Virus record (IMG/VR): IMGVR_UViG_3300032373_000002 | Span: 1-64,000 of that record | Source of the DNA: a virus | Reading direction: 5' to 3' (one strand) | DNA: 64,000 nucleotides | In this document: positions 53,856 to 61,797 of the stretch, piece after piece | Layout: each line of letters opens with the position of its first letter | How positions within the stretch are numbered: position 1 is the stretch's first letter | The notes under the pieces: model-generated | Databases searched by the model: none | What the model was told of the DNA's origin: nothing | What the model saw: the letters and a program-made list of their open reading frames with translations, nothing else | Position numbers and translations under genes: made by a program

Positions 53856-54351
53856 CTCCCTCCAGCGCCTGGAGGAGGAAGAAGACCGGCTGAAAGCCCA
53901 GCTCCACAAGGTTCAGCAAGCCAAGGTTCAGCACTGCCAGGACATGAAGCGGGACGGGAACAACCCCTTCCGGTGCGGGGCGGGGACCTGCATCCTCTTG
54001 GTTCCCGGCGTGCCCGTTGGCCAGCACACCAACGGTGGGTGCAGGTGCCTGGGCAACCGGCTGGAACCCAAGACGCGAGTTCGCGTCCGTTCCGGAATCC
54101 TCTGGCTCCGCCAGCGGCTCAAGAACGTCTACGCAGGGGACGAATGGTGCGGTGGAGGCTACCACTGCGACGCGGGGATGGACGCTGCCAGCTTCTCTTC
54201 CGACCTGGACCTCATCTTGGGGGAACTGGGCATGACCAGCTACAGCTCCATCAAGGAGGTCACTGACCGCATTGCTGAGATGCGCCGGACGAGCGAGCAG
54301 CTCAAGGCCGAGAACGAAGACCTCCTGAGCGGGGTGGGCCTGGATGGTTGA
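53827..54351 (+). CDS. Cys-containing coiled-coil protein
   Basis: GAGGAG RBS; GQHTNGGCRC motif. Confidence 0.6.
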   Translation: MRDTLRRNLDSLQRLEEEEDRLKAQLHKVQQAKVQHCQDMKRDGNNPFRCGAGTCILLVPGVPVGQHTNGGCRCLGNRLEPKTRVRVRSGILWLRQRLKNVYAGDEWCGGGYHCDAGMDAASFSSDLDLILGELGMTSYSSIKEVTDRIAEMRRTSEQLKAENEDLLSGVGLDG

Positions 54352-54577
54352 GGTCTTCCTCACTTCGGTCCTCACCTCGTGCATCGTCGGACTGTGGTTG
54401 ATCAGCCGGAGCCAGCCGGGGCAAGGGGTTCCGCTCACGGGGGCGCGGGTCCTTGCCCAGTACACGTCCCTGGCGTACCTGATTGCCCTCTTGGTCGTAG
54501 ACTGGAGGTTCGGGGCTCTGGCCACCGTAATCATGACCGCAACCTTGCGCCCCCACGATGAGCAGGAGCCCTCATGA
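54344..54577 (+). CDS. small membrane protein
   Basis: Hydrophobic segments; overlap coupling. Confidence 0.5.
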   Translation: MVEVFLTSVLTSCIVGLWLISRSQPGQGVPLTGARVLAQYTSLAYLIALLVVDWRFGALATVIMTATLRPHDEQEPS

Positions 54578-54992
54578 ACGGACTGCTGGCCTCCCTCTGG
54601 ATTCCCGCCGCAGGCCTCGGAGTGTGCAGAACGGCACCTCTTGGCCGGTTCGGTCTTCTTTCATCCTCCACGGGGTGCTCTACATCGCAATCATGGAGTT
54701 CACCGTGAACAGGATGAAGACCGCAAGTCTGATGGGGGTGGTCTTCCGCATCCGCGACGAAACGGGTCCTGAGTTGGAGCCGTTCGTGCTGTGGGTCGCC
54801 AGCCAAGACCAAGGTCCCTACGAGGTGTTCTACAAGGCCCCGGAACCCAAGACCGACAAGAGCACGGAGGAGGTACGGCACTTCCCGGTCGAGAGCCTGT
54901 ACCTCCGCACTCCAGCGGCGACCTACGCCCTGGAGGTCGTGCTTGGGGTCGACCGTAAGGTGCACCACCTCAAGGTGAGAATGGAGCACTGA

Positions 54993-55511
54993 ATGGGACT
55001 GTTCCTCGGATTTGCCGTCCTGCTGGGCCTCTTGTGCCTGTCGACGTACCACTACTGGCACATCCAGGGCCACGGGCCGAACATGCTGGCATGGGGTTCT
55101 CTCGGAACCCTCGCCGGCACCTTCTTCCTGGTCGGCCTGGAGAGCGGGGTCTTGTACGCCACCCTGCTCCTGATCGAAGCGGCCGTCATCTTCTGGTTGC
55201 TGCACACCTTCCGCGTCTGGGAAAACCCGGAACCCCTCAACACCACCGTCAGCGAAGACGACACACCCGAGGCCGAACCCATGATGGTCGACAACCCGGA
55301 TGGGGCATACTTCTTGGTGCTGGATGGCGAGTACAGCCTCTCCAACGAAGAGTGCATCGACGCACTCCGAGCCTACAAAGCGAAGGGTTGGGTACTCGAC
55401 ACGCGAGGAGAGTACATGGTCTGGAGAGGGGACCAGCGTGTTGGCGACACGGAGGTCTTCTGGCGCGGAGGCAAGACCTACATCCCGATCATGTGGGGGG
55501 AAGAAGAGTGA
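54993..55511 (+). CDS. membrane protein (3 TM plus soluble domain)
   Basis: GGAG RBS; hydrophobic N-terminal half. Confidence 0.65.
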   Translation: MGLFLGFAVLLGLLCLSTYHYWHIQGHGPNMLAWGSLGTLAGTFFLVGLESGVLYATLLLIEAAVIFWLLHTFRVWENPEPLNTTVSEDDTPEAEPMMVDNPDGAYFLVLDGEYSLSNEECIDALRAYKAKGWVLDTRGEYMVWRGDQRVGDTEVFWRGGKTYIPIMWGEEE

Positions 55512-55984
55512 TGCTGAAGGGACACCAGAAGGGTGAGTTGCCCCTCCAGAAGGGGGACCGGATTCGCGTTCCTCGCGGCACCTTGATCCGCACCACCAAC
55601 CCAAGCAAGCCGCGCGAATACCGCTCCAAGGTCTCGCGGACCGTTCGAGTGGACCACACCCTCTCGGGCCAGAGCATCGTGGTGGCATTCAAGCATCCCA
55701 CACGCTACATCCGGGGGTCGATGCACTGGCGGGACTTCTACAACATCTGCCAGAACAGGGGCCTCGACTACCCCTACCAGCAAGAGCCCCCCATCGACGA
55801 GCTGCTGGCCATGTTCAAGGAAGCCGGCATCGAGCTGGAAGAGCGGGACGCGCTGGGCGGCAAGTACCAGAACGTCTGGCTCCATCTCAACAACCCGAGC
55901 GTTCGGTGGGCGGGCTCCGGCGGCTACTGGTGCGAAGCCGACATCAACGACGTGGGGAAGCACCCGCAACTGGATATCCGGTAA
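55511..55984 (+). CDS. hypothetical protein
   Basis: TGATG coupling; MLKGHQKGELPL... Confidence 0.65.
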   Translation: MLKGHQKGELPLQKGDRIRVPRGTLIRTTNPSKPREYRSKVSRTVRVDHTLSGQSIVVAFKHPTRYIRGSMHWRDFYNICQNRGLDYPYQQEPPIDELLAMFKEAGIELEERDALGGKYQNVWLHLNNPSVRWAGSGGYWCEADINDVGKHPQLDIR

Positions 55985-55992
55985 CAACCTGT

Positions 55993-56150
55993 GCTCTGAA
56001 GGTTGCGTCAAGACGGTTCGAGTCCGTCGTCCCCTGGGCGCTTTGGGGGCGGGAGTTCGATTCTCCCCACCACCCTCTTTCGAGTAGGTGGTGCCAGGAC
56101 GGCAAATAGGGTAGCACCCGCGCAGGGAGGTTCGATTCCTCCCCAGAGCA
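55993..56150 (+). ncRNA. triple-T-arm tRNA-like RNA
   Basis: Three canonical 5-bp T stems with TTCGA(G/T)T loops inside a GCTCTG/CAGAGC-A closing helix. Confidence 0.75.
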
Positions 56151-56171
56151 TTTAACCTCACCCGTAGCGCT

Positions 56172-56480
56172 ATGGCAGACTTCGACGTGAAGATCAACCC
56201 TCGCTGGAGCAACTACGCAGCGTGGGAACTGTCGGTTCCCGGCAATCAGTGGAACCAAGAGGTCCTCCTGCGCCTGGAGGACCTCAACCACCCAGCGTTC
56301 TTAGAATTCCTCACGCAACCGGGCTACCCTCGCATGAGCTTCTGCCTGCGGGAGGGGGTCCCGCAAGGGTTCGCCTTGTTGGCAGGAGAGGTGTTCTTGG
56401 CCTGCTCATACCAAGAGGTAAGCAAAGCCATGTCCAGGATCGTCGAAGCCCTGCCTGACCCGTCCACCCTGGAGTTCTGA
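56172..56480 (+). CDS. hypothetical protein
   Basis: Coupled to next gene. Confidence 0.6.
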   Translation: MADFDVKINPRWSNYAAWELSVPGNQWNQEVLLRLEDLNHPAFLEFLTQPGYPRMSFCLREGVPQGFALLAGEVFLACSYQEVSKAMSRIVEALPDPSTLEF

Positions 56481-56857
56481 TGCGTGCCCTGCTGATCGAC
56501 GACAACCCCTACAGCCTTGAGCGAGACATGCGAGAGCTGATGGGGTGGGAGGTCACGGTGGCCGAGGACGGACGAGAGGCGGTGGGCATAGGCCCCCGCC
56601 TGAAAGATTTCGACCTGATCTTGCTGGACCACCGAATGCCTTTCTTCTACGGCGACGAGGTCTTGGTCGAATGGCAGCGGGAAGGCATCGACGCCTGCCT
56701 GCTCCCGATCTTCCGCATCTCCTCCTTGAGGGAAGGCAAGTACCCGAGGCAGGTCCCTTGGGTCGGCAAGGCGTTGGGGTGCAGCAAGCTCCGACTCCTT
56801 CAGCAGTGGGCCGAGGGAGGGCTGGAAGACGAGGAGTTGCTGCGGAAACTGCGATGA
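56480..56857 (+). CDS. single-domain response regulator (CheY-like receiver)
   Basis: LLIDD...AEDG.EA...DLILLDHRMP..G...PIF.ISS...K. Confidence 0.8.
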   Translation: MRALLIDDNPYSLERDMRELMGWEVTVAEDGREAVGIGPRLKDFDLILLDHRMPFFYGDEVLVEWQREGIDACLLPIFRISSLREGKYPRQVPWVGKALGCSKLRLLQQWAEGGLEDEELLRKLR

Positions 56858-56870
56858 ACGGGGGAAGGAT

Positions 56871-57317
56871 GTGAGTGACTCTTTCGAAAGGCACCTCGCT
56901 TCTCCCGGCCAGGCGGCTCTGGCGCTGCACGACGCGGTTCGGGACGCCAACATCTTGGTCGACGAGGAACGGCACCATGCCCTAACTGCCCAGCTGTACG
57001 AACTGCTGACATCCTTGGACCCGGCGCTGCTGGAGCGCTTGGAGTACCTCCAACTGCTGGAGAGTCAAGAATCGTTCCTCCGGGACAAAGGGTTCCAGGC
57101 TGAGCTGGAGCGGCGACTCAGCCTGGAGAAGCCCGCGCGAGGATACAGCGACCGCTCTCGGCTCGAACGGCGGGACCAGGAGGTCATTGCACGGGGCTTC
57201 GCCCAGGCCCTCAAAGGCTTCCAAGAGGCGCAACAGAAGATGCAACAAATCATTGCCGAATATCGAGCCGAGTTCGCCCGAGCGGCCAACAAAGCGGCAA
57301 GCCTGCCCGGAGGGTAA
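56871..57317 (+). CDS. helical hypothetical protein
   Basis: Co-oriented ORF with RBS. Confidence 0.6.
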   Translation: MSDSFERHLASPGQAALALHDAVRDANILVDEERHHALTAQLYELLTSLDPALLERLEYLQLLESQESFLRDKGFQAELERRLSLEKPARGYSDRSRLERRDQEVIARGFAQALKGFQEAQQKMQQIIAEYRAEFARAANKAASLPGG

Positions 57318-57326
57318 GGGGGTATT

Positions 57327-57398
57327 GAGCGTGTCGTCAAGTGGTAAGACACCGGGTTTTGGTTCCGGCACTCGCAGGTTCGAATCCTGCCACGCTCG
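57327..57398 (+). tRNA. tRNA-Gln(TTG)
   Basis: CCGGG-TTTTGGT-TCCGG; canonical D and T arms. Confidence 0.92.
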
Positions 57399-57475
57399 TT
57401 CGAGCAGCGATCAGCAAGAGGAAGCGCCGATGTTCGGGTAGACCCCCTATGCGACGGACACCGTAAGGAGAACCC

Positions 57476-57799
57476 ATGAACAAGCTCAGCCACATCCTGA
57501 CAACCGAAGGTCTTCGGAAGAAGGCGCGTCCCGATGACGTGGAGTTCACCGTCACCCTTCGCGGACCTCCGGCCCTGGTCGAGCGGGTGAAGCTGCTGCT
57601 GCGCACCATCAACCTCCTGGGCAACGTGGGGGCCAGCCGGGACGTCCGCATCGGTATTGACGGCGACGGGGCTGACCGGCTTGATGTCCATGAACTGAGG
57701 AACATGGACATCACCCAGGAGGCTGACCCGCAGCTGGAAGAGGATGCACTCCGCATCACGGAAGGTGGAGGACTGGTCGGGGAACGCTGGAACCCCTGA
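57476..57799 (+). CDS. small protein with MNKLxxILxxEGL N-terminus
   Basis: AAGGAG RBS; N-terminus shared with 36380 gene. Confidence 0.65.
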   Translation: MNKLSHILTTEGLRKKARPDDVEFTVTLRGPPALVERVKLLLRTINLLGNVGASRDVRIGIDGDGADRLDVHELRNMDITQEADPQLEEDALRITEGGGLVGERWNP

Positions 57800-57818
57800 C
57801 CGGAAGGTAACCCCTCAT

Positions 57819-57894
57819 GCGAGTGTAGCTCAATTGGTAGAGCATCGGCCTTCCAAGCCGAGGGTTGTGGGTTCGACCCCCATCACTCGCTCCA
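57819..57894 (+). tRNA. tRNA-Gly(TCC), CCA encoded
   Basis: TCGGC-CTTCCAA-GCCGA; U73-CCA. Confidence 0.95.
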
Positions 57895-57901
57895 AATAGC
57901 A

Positions 57902-57991
57902 AGATCCCCCCAACCGCTAAAGTGGACCTGCCCTCCGTGATTGTGGCCGGAGGGCAGTGGACCTGCCCTCGCGGAGCGGTTGGGGGGATCT
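57902..57991 (+). ncRNA. long-terminal-stem RNA 3 with internal 15-nt direct repeat
   Basis: 17-bp perfect stem; AGTGGACCTGCCCTC at 57921 and 57956. Confidence 0.55.
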
Positions 57992-58010
57992 AAGTTCTTC
58001 CGGAGTGCCC

Positions 58011-58238
58011 ATGGACCTGACGCCCGCCAGCATCAGACTGAATGAAGAACGCTTCATTCAAAACATCATCCTGACGGCATGGCCGACCACCTACTGCGTC
58101 GGGCACGAAGAGGACACCCCGTGGCCCTTGGTTGCCTTCGACCACCTCGGGTTCGAGCTGGGCCGGTTCAGATCAAGCCGCTACAGCGCTCGCCGCCTGA
58201 CTGCCACACTGGAAAGACTCCGTAAACGGGGAAGGTAA
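58011..58238 (+). CDS. hypothetical protein
   Basis: GGAG RBS. Confidence 0.5.
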   Translation: MDLTPASIRLNEERFIQNIILTAWPTTYCVGHEEDTPWPLVAFDHLGFELGRFRSSRYSARRLTATLERLRKRGR

Positions 58239-58264
58239 ACGCACCGCGAACCCAAGGAGAATCG

Positions 58265-59341
58265 ATGCCCAAGATCGACCCGAAGTCCCATATTCAAGTC
58301 CGGAGGCCGGGCAATCAGAACGTCATAGGGCTCATAAGCCGCCACCCAGTCCTCCGGAAGAGCTATCTGGTCTTCTGGAACGACCAAAAGGTCGGCCACT
58401 TCACTGCCAAATCCGTCGAGGCGGAATCCACGGTGGCCGCAGCCTTCCGTCTGCCCGGCATCCTCCGGGCAGGAGGCTTCGTGGTTCTCAAGGGGGTCGA
58501 TGACCCGAAGCATGTGTACTGGATCGAAAAACTGGATGGGTATGCGTCCACGGTGCGGCGCGTCCTACCCGGCAGGGGGATTGGCTCCGAGACCTTCAGG
58601 TTCAAGAACAAGCTCTTGAGCCCCCTCCAGGGCCACGAGACCGACATCCACGTCTACAACCGTCAGACAGAGGACGAGAAAGAGGCCAGCAACCTCGCCC
58701 GCGAGGTTGAGAAGCTGCGGGACACTCTGATCTCCTCCGGACAACAAGACTTGCTCGAAGGGCTGGAGCCCAGTAACCTCGGGCAGGGCCAGGAAGGGTC
58801 CAACACTGAAGAGGAAGCCCCCATGAACAAAACCGCTTGGACCAACGCAGGAGATGATGACATGAGCAAGACCGCGCAGAGCGACAGCGGACCCCGCTTC
58901 GACAGCACCAAGGAGCTGATGCAGTACGGCGTCAAGCTGGGCCTGGGCAAGGCTGCCCAGGAGCAGGCCATCGAGCAGCTCAAGGAACGCTTCCCCACCC
59001 AGGCTGCCATGTTCGACAACCCCATGTTCCTCGCGGGCCTCAAGATGGCCGTGCCGCTCATGGGCCTCCAGCTCGCCGGACACATCAAGAGCGACCGTAT
59101 CTCCACCAAGGTCACCGACGCCAGCCAGGCGATGCTGCTGGTCAACACCATCGACGGCACTGCCGAGGTCACCGGCGCTGTTGCCTCCCAGATGATGGAG
59201 CTGGGAGCCTTCCTGCTCGGCCTCTACGGCATCGGCGGCGAGGAGGCAGCAGCCACCACCCACCAGCTGATGCAGGACTTCGGGGTCGACGCCGATGAGG
59301 TCCTGGGCAAGACGAGCACGAAGGGCAAGGTCCCCGCATGA
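58265..59341 (+). CDS. two-domain hypothetical protein
   Basis: AAGGAG RBS; possible internal start at 58823. Confidence 0.65.
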   Translation: MPKIDPKSHIQVRRPGNQNVIGLISRHPVLRKSYLVFWNDQKVGHFTAKSVEAESTVAAAFRLPGILRAGGFVVLKGVDDPKHVYWIEKLDGYASTVRRVLPGRGIGSETFRFKNKLLSPLQGHETDIHVYNRQTEDEKEASNLAREVEKLRDTLISSGQQDLLEGLEPSNLGQGQEGSNTEEEAPMNKTAWTNAGDDDMSKTAQSDSGPRFDSTKELMQYGVKLGLGKAAQEQAIEQLKERFPTQAAMFDNPMFLAGLKMAVPLMGLQLAGHIKSDRISTKVTDASQAMLLVNTIDGTAEVTGAVASQMMELGAFLLGLYGIGGEEAAATTHQLMQDFGVDADEVLGKTSTKGKVPA

Positions 59342-59640
59342 AGGGCTACCCAGACGGCTACCCGGCACCGGGCGACGTGGTCGCAGTGCCGGGTTCAGCG
59401 CCGATTCCCGTGACCCAGTCCATCCCGGAGTACGGGGTAGTGGTGCTCTGCGACGCGGACGACCCCGAGGAAGCCCTCCGAGAGAACCGCATGACCCACG
59501 CGATCATGCCTCACAACGACGGCCAGCACGTTCAGGTCTACGACCCCGAGGGGAACCTGAACCGGCCCGGCAAGCACATCCTCAGCCACATCGAGGGGAC
59601 CAAGCCCGGTAAGCGGATGTACAAGATCCACGAACCCTGA
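59338..59640 (+). CDS. hypothetical protein
   Basis: ATGA coupling. Confidence 0.6.
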   Translation: MKGYPDGYPAPGDVVAVPGSAPIPVTQSIPEYGVVVLCDADDPEEALRENRMTHAIMPHNDGQHVQVYDPEGNLNRPGKHILSHIEGTKPGKRMYKIHEP

Positions 59641-59652
59641 AAGGAGGGGCGG

Positions 59653-59970
59653 ATGCCTCCCGAACCGAGACCTGAATATCTGGCCTGGATCCGTTCCAGG
59701 CCAGGCTGGCATTCGACCGCCGAGATCTGGCAGGCCAACCAACGCGGCTGGGACAAAGAGGTCGCTGCCCAGTTCTGCCAGTGGTTGAGCCTGGGACCCC
59801 GGCGATTGGCGATGGCGATCCCCGCCCAGCTCTACATCAAGCTGGAGCGGGAGATCGAGTTCTTGGGGGACACCCTGCAGTTCCTGCTCCAGGGCGGCGA
59901 CCTGATGGTCTACTACAAGGACGGGAGACCGATGTGGCGGGCGTGCGATCCGACCAGGACAGAAGAGTAA
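59653..59970 (+). CDS. hypothetical protein
   Basis: AAGGAGG RBS. Confidence 0.6.
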   Translation: MPPEPRPEYLAWIRSRPGWHSTAEIWQANQRGWDKEVAAQFCQWLSLGPRRLAMAIPAQLYIKLEREIEFLGDTLQFLLQGGDLMVYYKDGRPMWRACDPTRTEE

Positions 59971-59998
59971 GAAGAGTAAACCGCAGCGAGGTCACCTC

Positions 59999-60482
59999 AT
60001 GAGCTACATCAGCGAACAGCAAGTCCTCGGCTACCTCGCATCCCTCAGCCTCGATGGGGTCGGGGAAGTGTTGAGGAACGCAGGCATCCTTCATCGCCTT
60101 CAGCAGCGTTGGGACGAAGAGCGTCCGATTCCTGGGGGGCCTGTCGTGGTCCCCGGCTATCCGTGGGAGCAGGACGTTGACCCGACCCCCCCAGCAGTAC
60201 GAGTGGGACGTGTACCTGCTGGGAGTGAGGCAGGTCTCCGGACCCCACAACACCCGCGACTACCAGAAGCTGACCGGCATCAAGGACATCCGCAAGATCA
60301 CCGGCCGGGGGCTGCGGGACTCCAAAATGCTGTGGGAAGCCCTCCCCAAGCCGGGCAAGGGGCAGACGCTGTTGCCGGCGAACTCATACGGTTGCCTCTT
60401 GCCCGAAGCCGTCACCAAAGATCACGCCCTGGAAATCAAGGATACCTTGGAGCGTTCAGGCATCATCGTCGAGGTCCGCTGA
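59999..60482 (+). CDS. rplL: ribosomal protein bL12 (L7/L12) homolog, split by a +1 frameshift at the C7 run 60186-60192
   Basis: N part ISEQQVLGYLASLSL..V.EVL resembles the L12 NTD; +1 frame YEWDVYL...KL.GIKDIRKITGRGLRDSK.LWE..P...EAVTKDHALEIKDTLERSGIIVEVR is the L12 CTD. Confidence 0.75.
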
Positions 60483-60517
60483 TGCCCGAAAATTATGTCC
60501 GCTGGAAGGCCCTGTAG

Positions 60518-60976
60518 GTGAGCAACATCATCAGCCCTCGCAATCCGTGGCTTCCCTCTGGGGTCCAGGCAACCAGGGCTGAGCTGGAGATCTTCTTCCT
60601 CCAAGTGTTGTTGAGCAAATACATCGGAGGGACCGCTTCGGTGAAGGCCATCCCGCTGCTGCTCCCGGAGACCATCCCGTGGTCGAGAGAGCACCCGTTC
60701 CAGCTTCTGATGGTCGTAGCAGACCAAGGGCTGATGCCCCAGTGGGTGAGGAACCTCAACAACTATGGGGTGGAAGAGGCGGGACTGGCGGTCGCTTTCA
60801 GCCGAGCCACGGCGCTCGACATCGTCCGCGCGGACAAGCAACAGATCCGCCAGTTTTTGGACAGCCTCCCCAAGTTCCAGCAAGTCTCCCCCTTCTGGGC
60901 GGCATTGTTCTGGGACCGCAGCTACGGGGAAGCCAGAATGGCCCAGCTTGAGAGACCCCGTAACAGGCTGGCATGA
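60518..60976 (+). CDS. hypothetical protein
   Basis: GTG start; ATGA coupling to next gene. Confidence 0.55.
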   Translation: MSNIISPRNPWLPSGVQATRAELEIFFLQVLLSKYIGGTASVKAIPLLLPETIPWSREHPFQLLMVVADQGLMPQWVRNLNNYGVEEAGLAVAFSRATALDIVRADKQQIRQFLDSLPKFQQVSPFWAALFWDRSYGEARMAQLERPRNRLA

Positions 60977-61755
60977 CCGAACCGAAGACCGGCTGGTGCA
61001 TCGAAGAGGACAAGCTCCGTTACCACCCCCGCCGGATGAACCCCGAAGGGCGGCGGGAGACCCTGCAGGGCCTGATCCAAGGGAGCCTGTACTCCTCGCA
61101 CCACGTTCCGGCAGACCTCCTCCCGATGGTATTCCTGCCGATCGCATTGGGGGGCTTGGCTCCGCCGGACGAGCTGGTCGAACAATTGTTGGGCCCCAAG
61201 CCTCCCGACGAGCCTGAGAGGCTCCCCGAAGCCCCAGTACTGGACAAGAGCCAGCTGCCCTCGGAGAACCCCCCCGAAGTGCCGGGAATCCTGGCCTACG
61301 ATGAGAAGATGGCCCTCGAATGGCGGTGGGCTGAGGTCTCTGATGAGGATTGGGCGGAACACAAGGCAGGGATCGACGAGGAGAACGCCCGACGCCAGGC
61401 TGCCTACACGCAAGAGGTCGCGGAGTATGAAGCGCGGCACCCCCTCTTAGAAAAAGCGAAGCGGGACCACCAAGCTGCCAGGGAGGCTTGGGAAGAAGAG
61501 GTTGCGCGGATCGAAGAGGGGAACGCGACCCTCAAGCAACGTCAGCAAGAATACCGAGACCAACAGGATTCTCTCAGCGAGGGGGCCTACGAGGAGATCG
61601 GAGTGTTCTTGGGGGACATGGGCCAGTCCTCCCCCGCAGGCATCAACGGCCATCCCATGTTCTTCAGCGTCCAGATCGTGCACAAAGAGGACTGGGAGCG
61701 GATATGGAAGGCTTGGAAAGCCGAGCACGAACGTCTCAAGAACCTCGACGTCTGA
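60973..61755 (+). CDS. hypothetical protein with inserted Pro-rich/coiled-coil segment
   Basis: MVFLPIALG...PAGINGHPMFFS. Confidence 0.7.
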   Translation: MTEPKTGWCIEEDKLRYHPRRMNPEGRRETLQGLIQGSLYSSHHVPADLLPMVFLPIALGGLAPPDELVEQLLGPKPPDEPERLPEAPVLDKSQLPSENPPEVPGILAYDEKMALEWRWAEVSDEDWAEHKAGIDEENARRQAAYTQEVAEYEARHPLLEKAKRDHQAAREAWEEEVARIEEGNATLKQRQQEYRDQQDSLSEGAYEEIGVFLGDMGQSSPAGINGHPMFFSVQIVHKEDWERIWKAWKAEHERLKNLDV

Positions 61756-61797
61756 GGGTTCAGAGGTAAAGTGGGCATCGACCAAGAAGGAGACCTA

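Noticed and set aside
54558-54992. Possible multiply frameshifted membrane-protein gene (MNGLLASLWIP... / ...ILHGVLYIAIMEF...)
   Set aside because: The start and frame cannot be resolved by eye. It may be decay or sequence error, which also tempers the bL12 frameshift claim.
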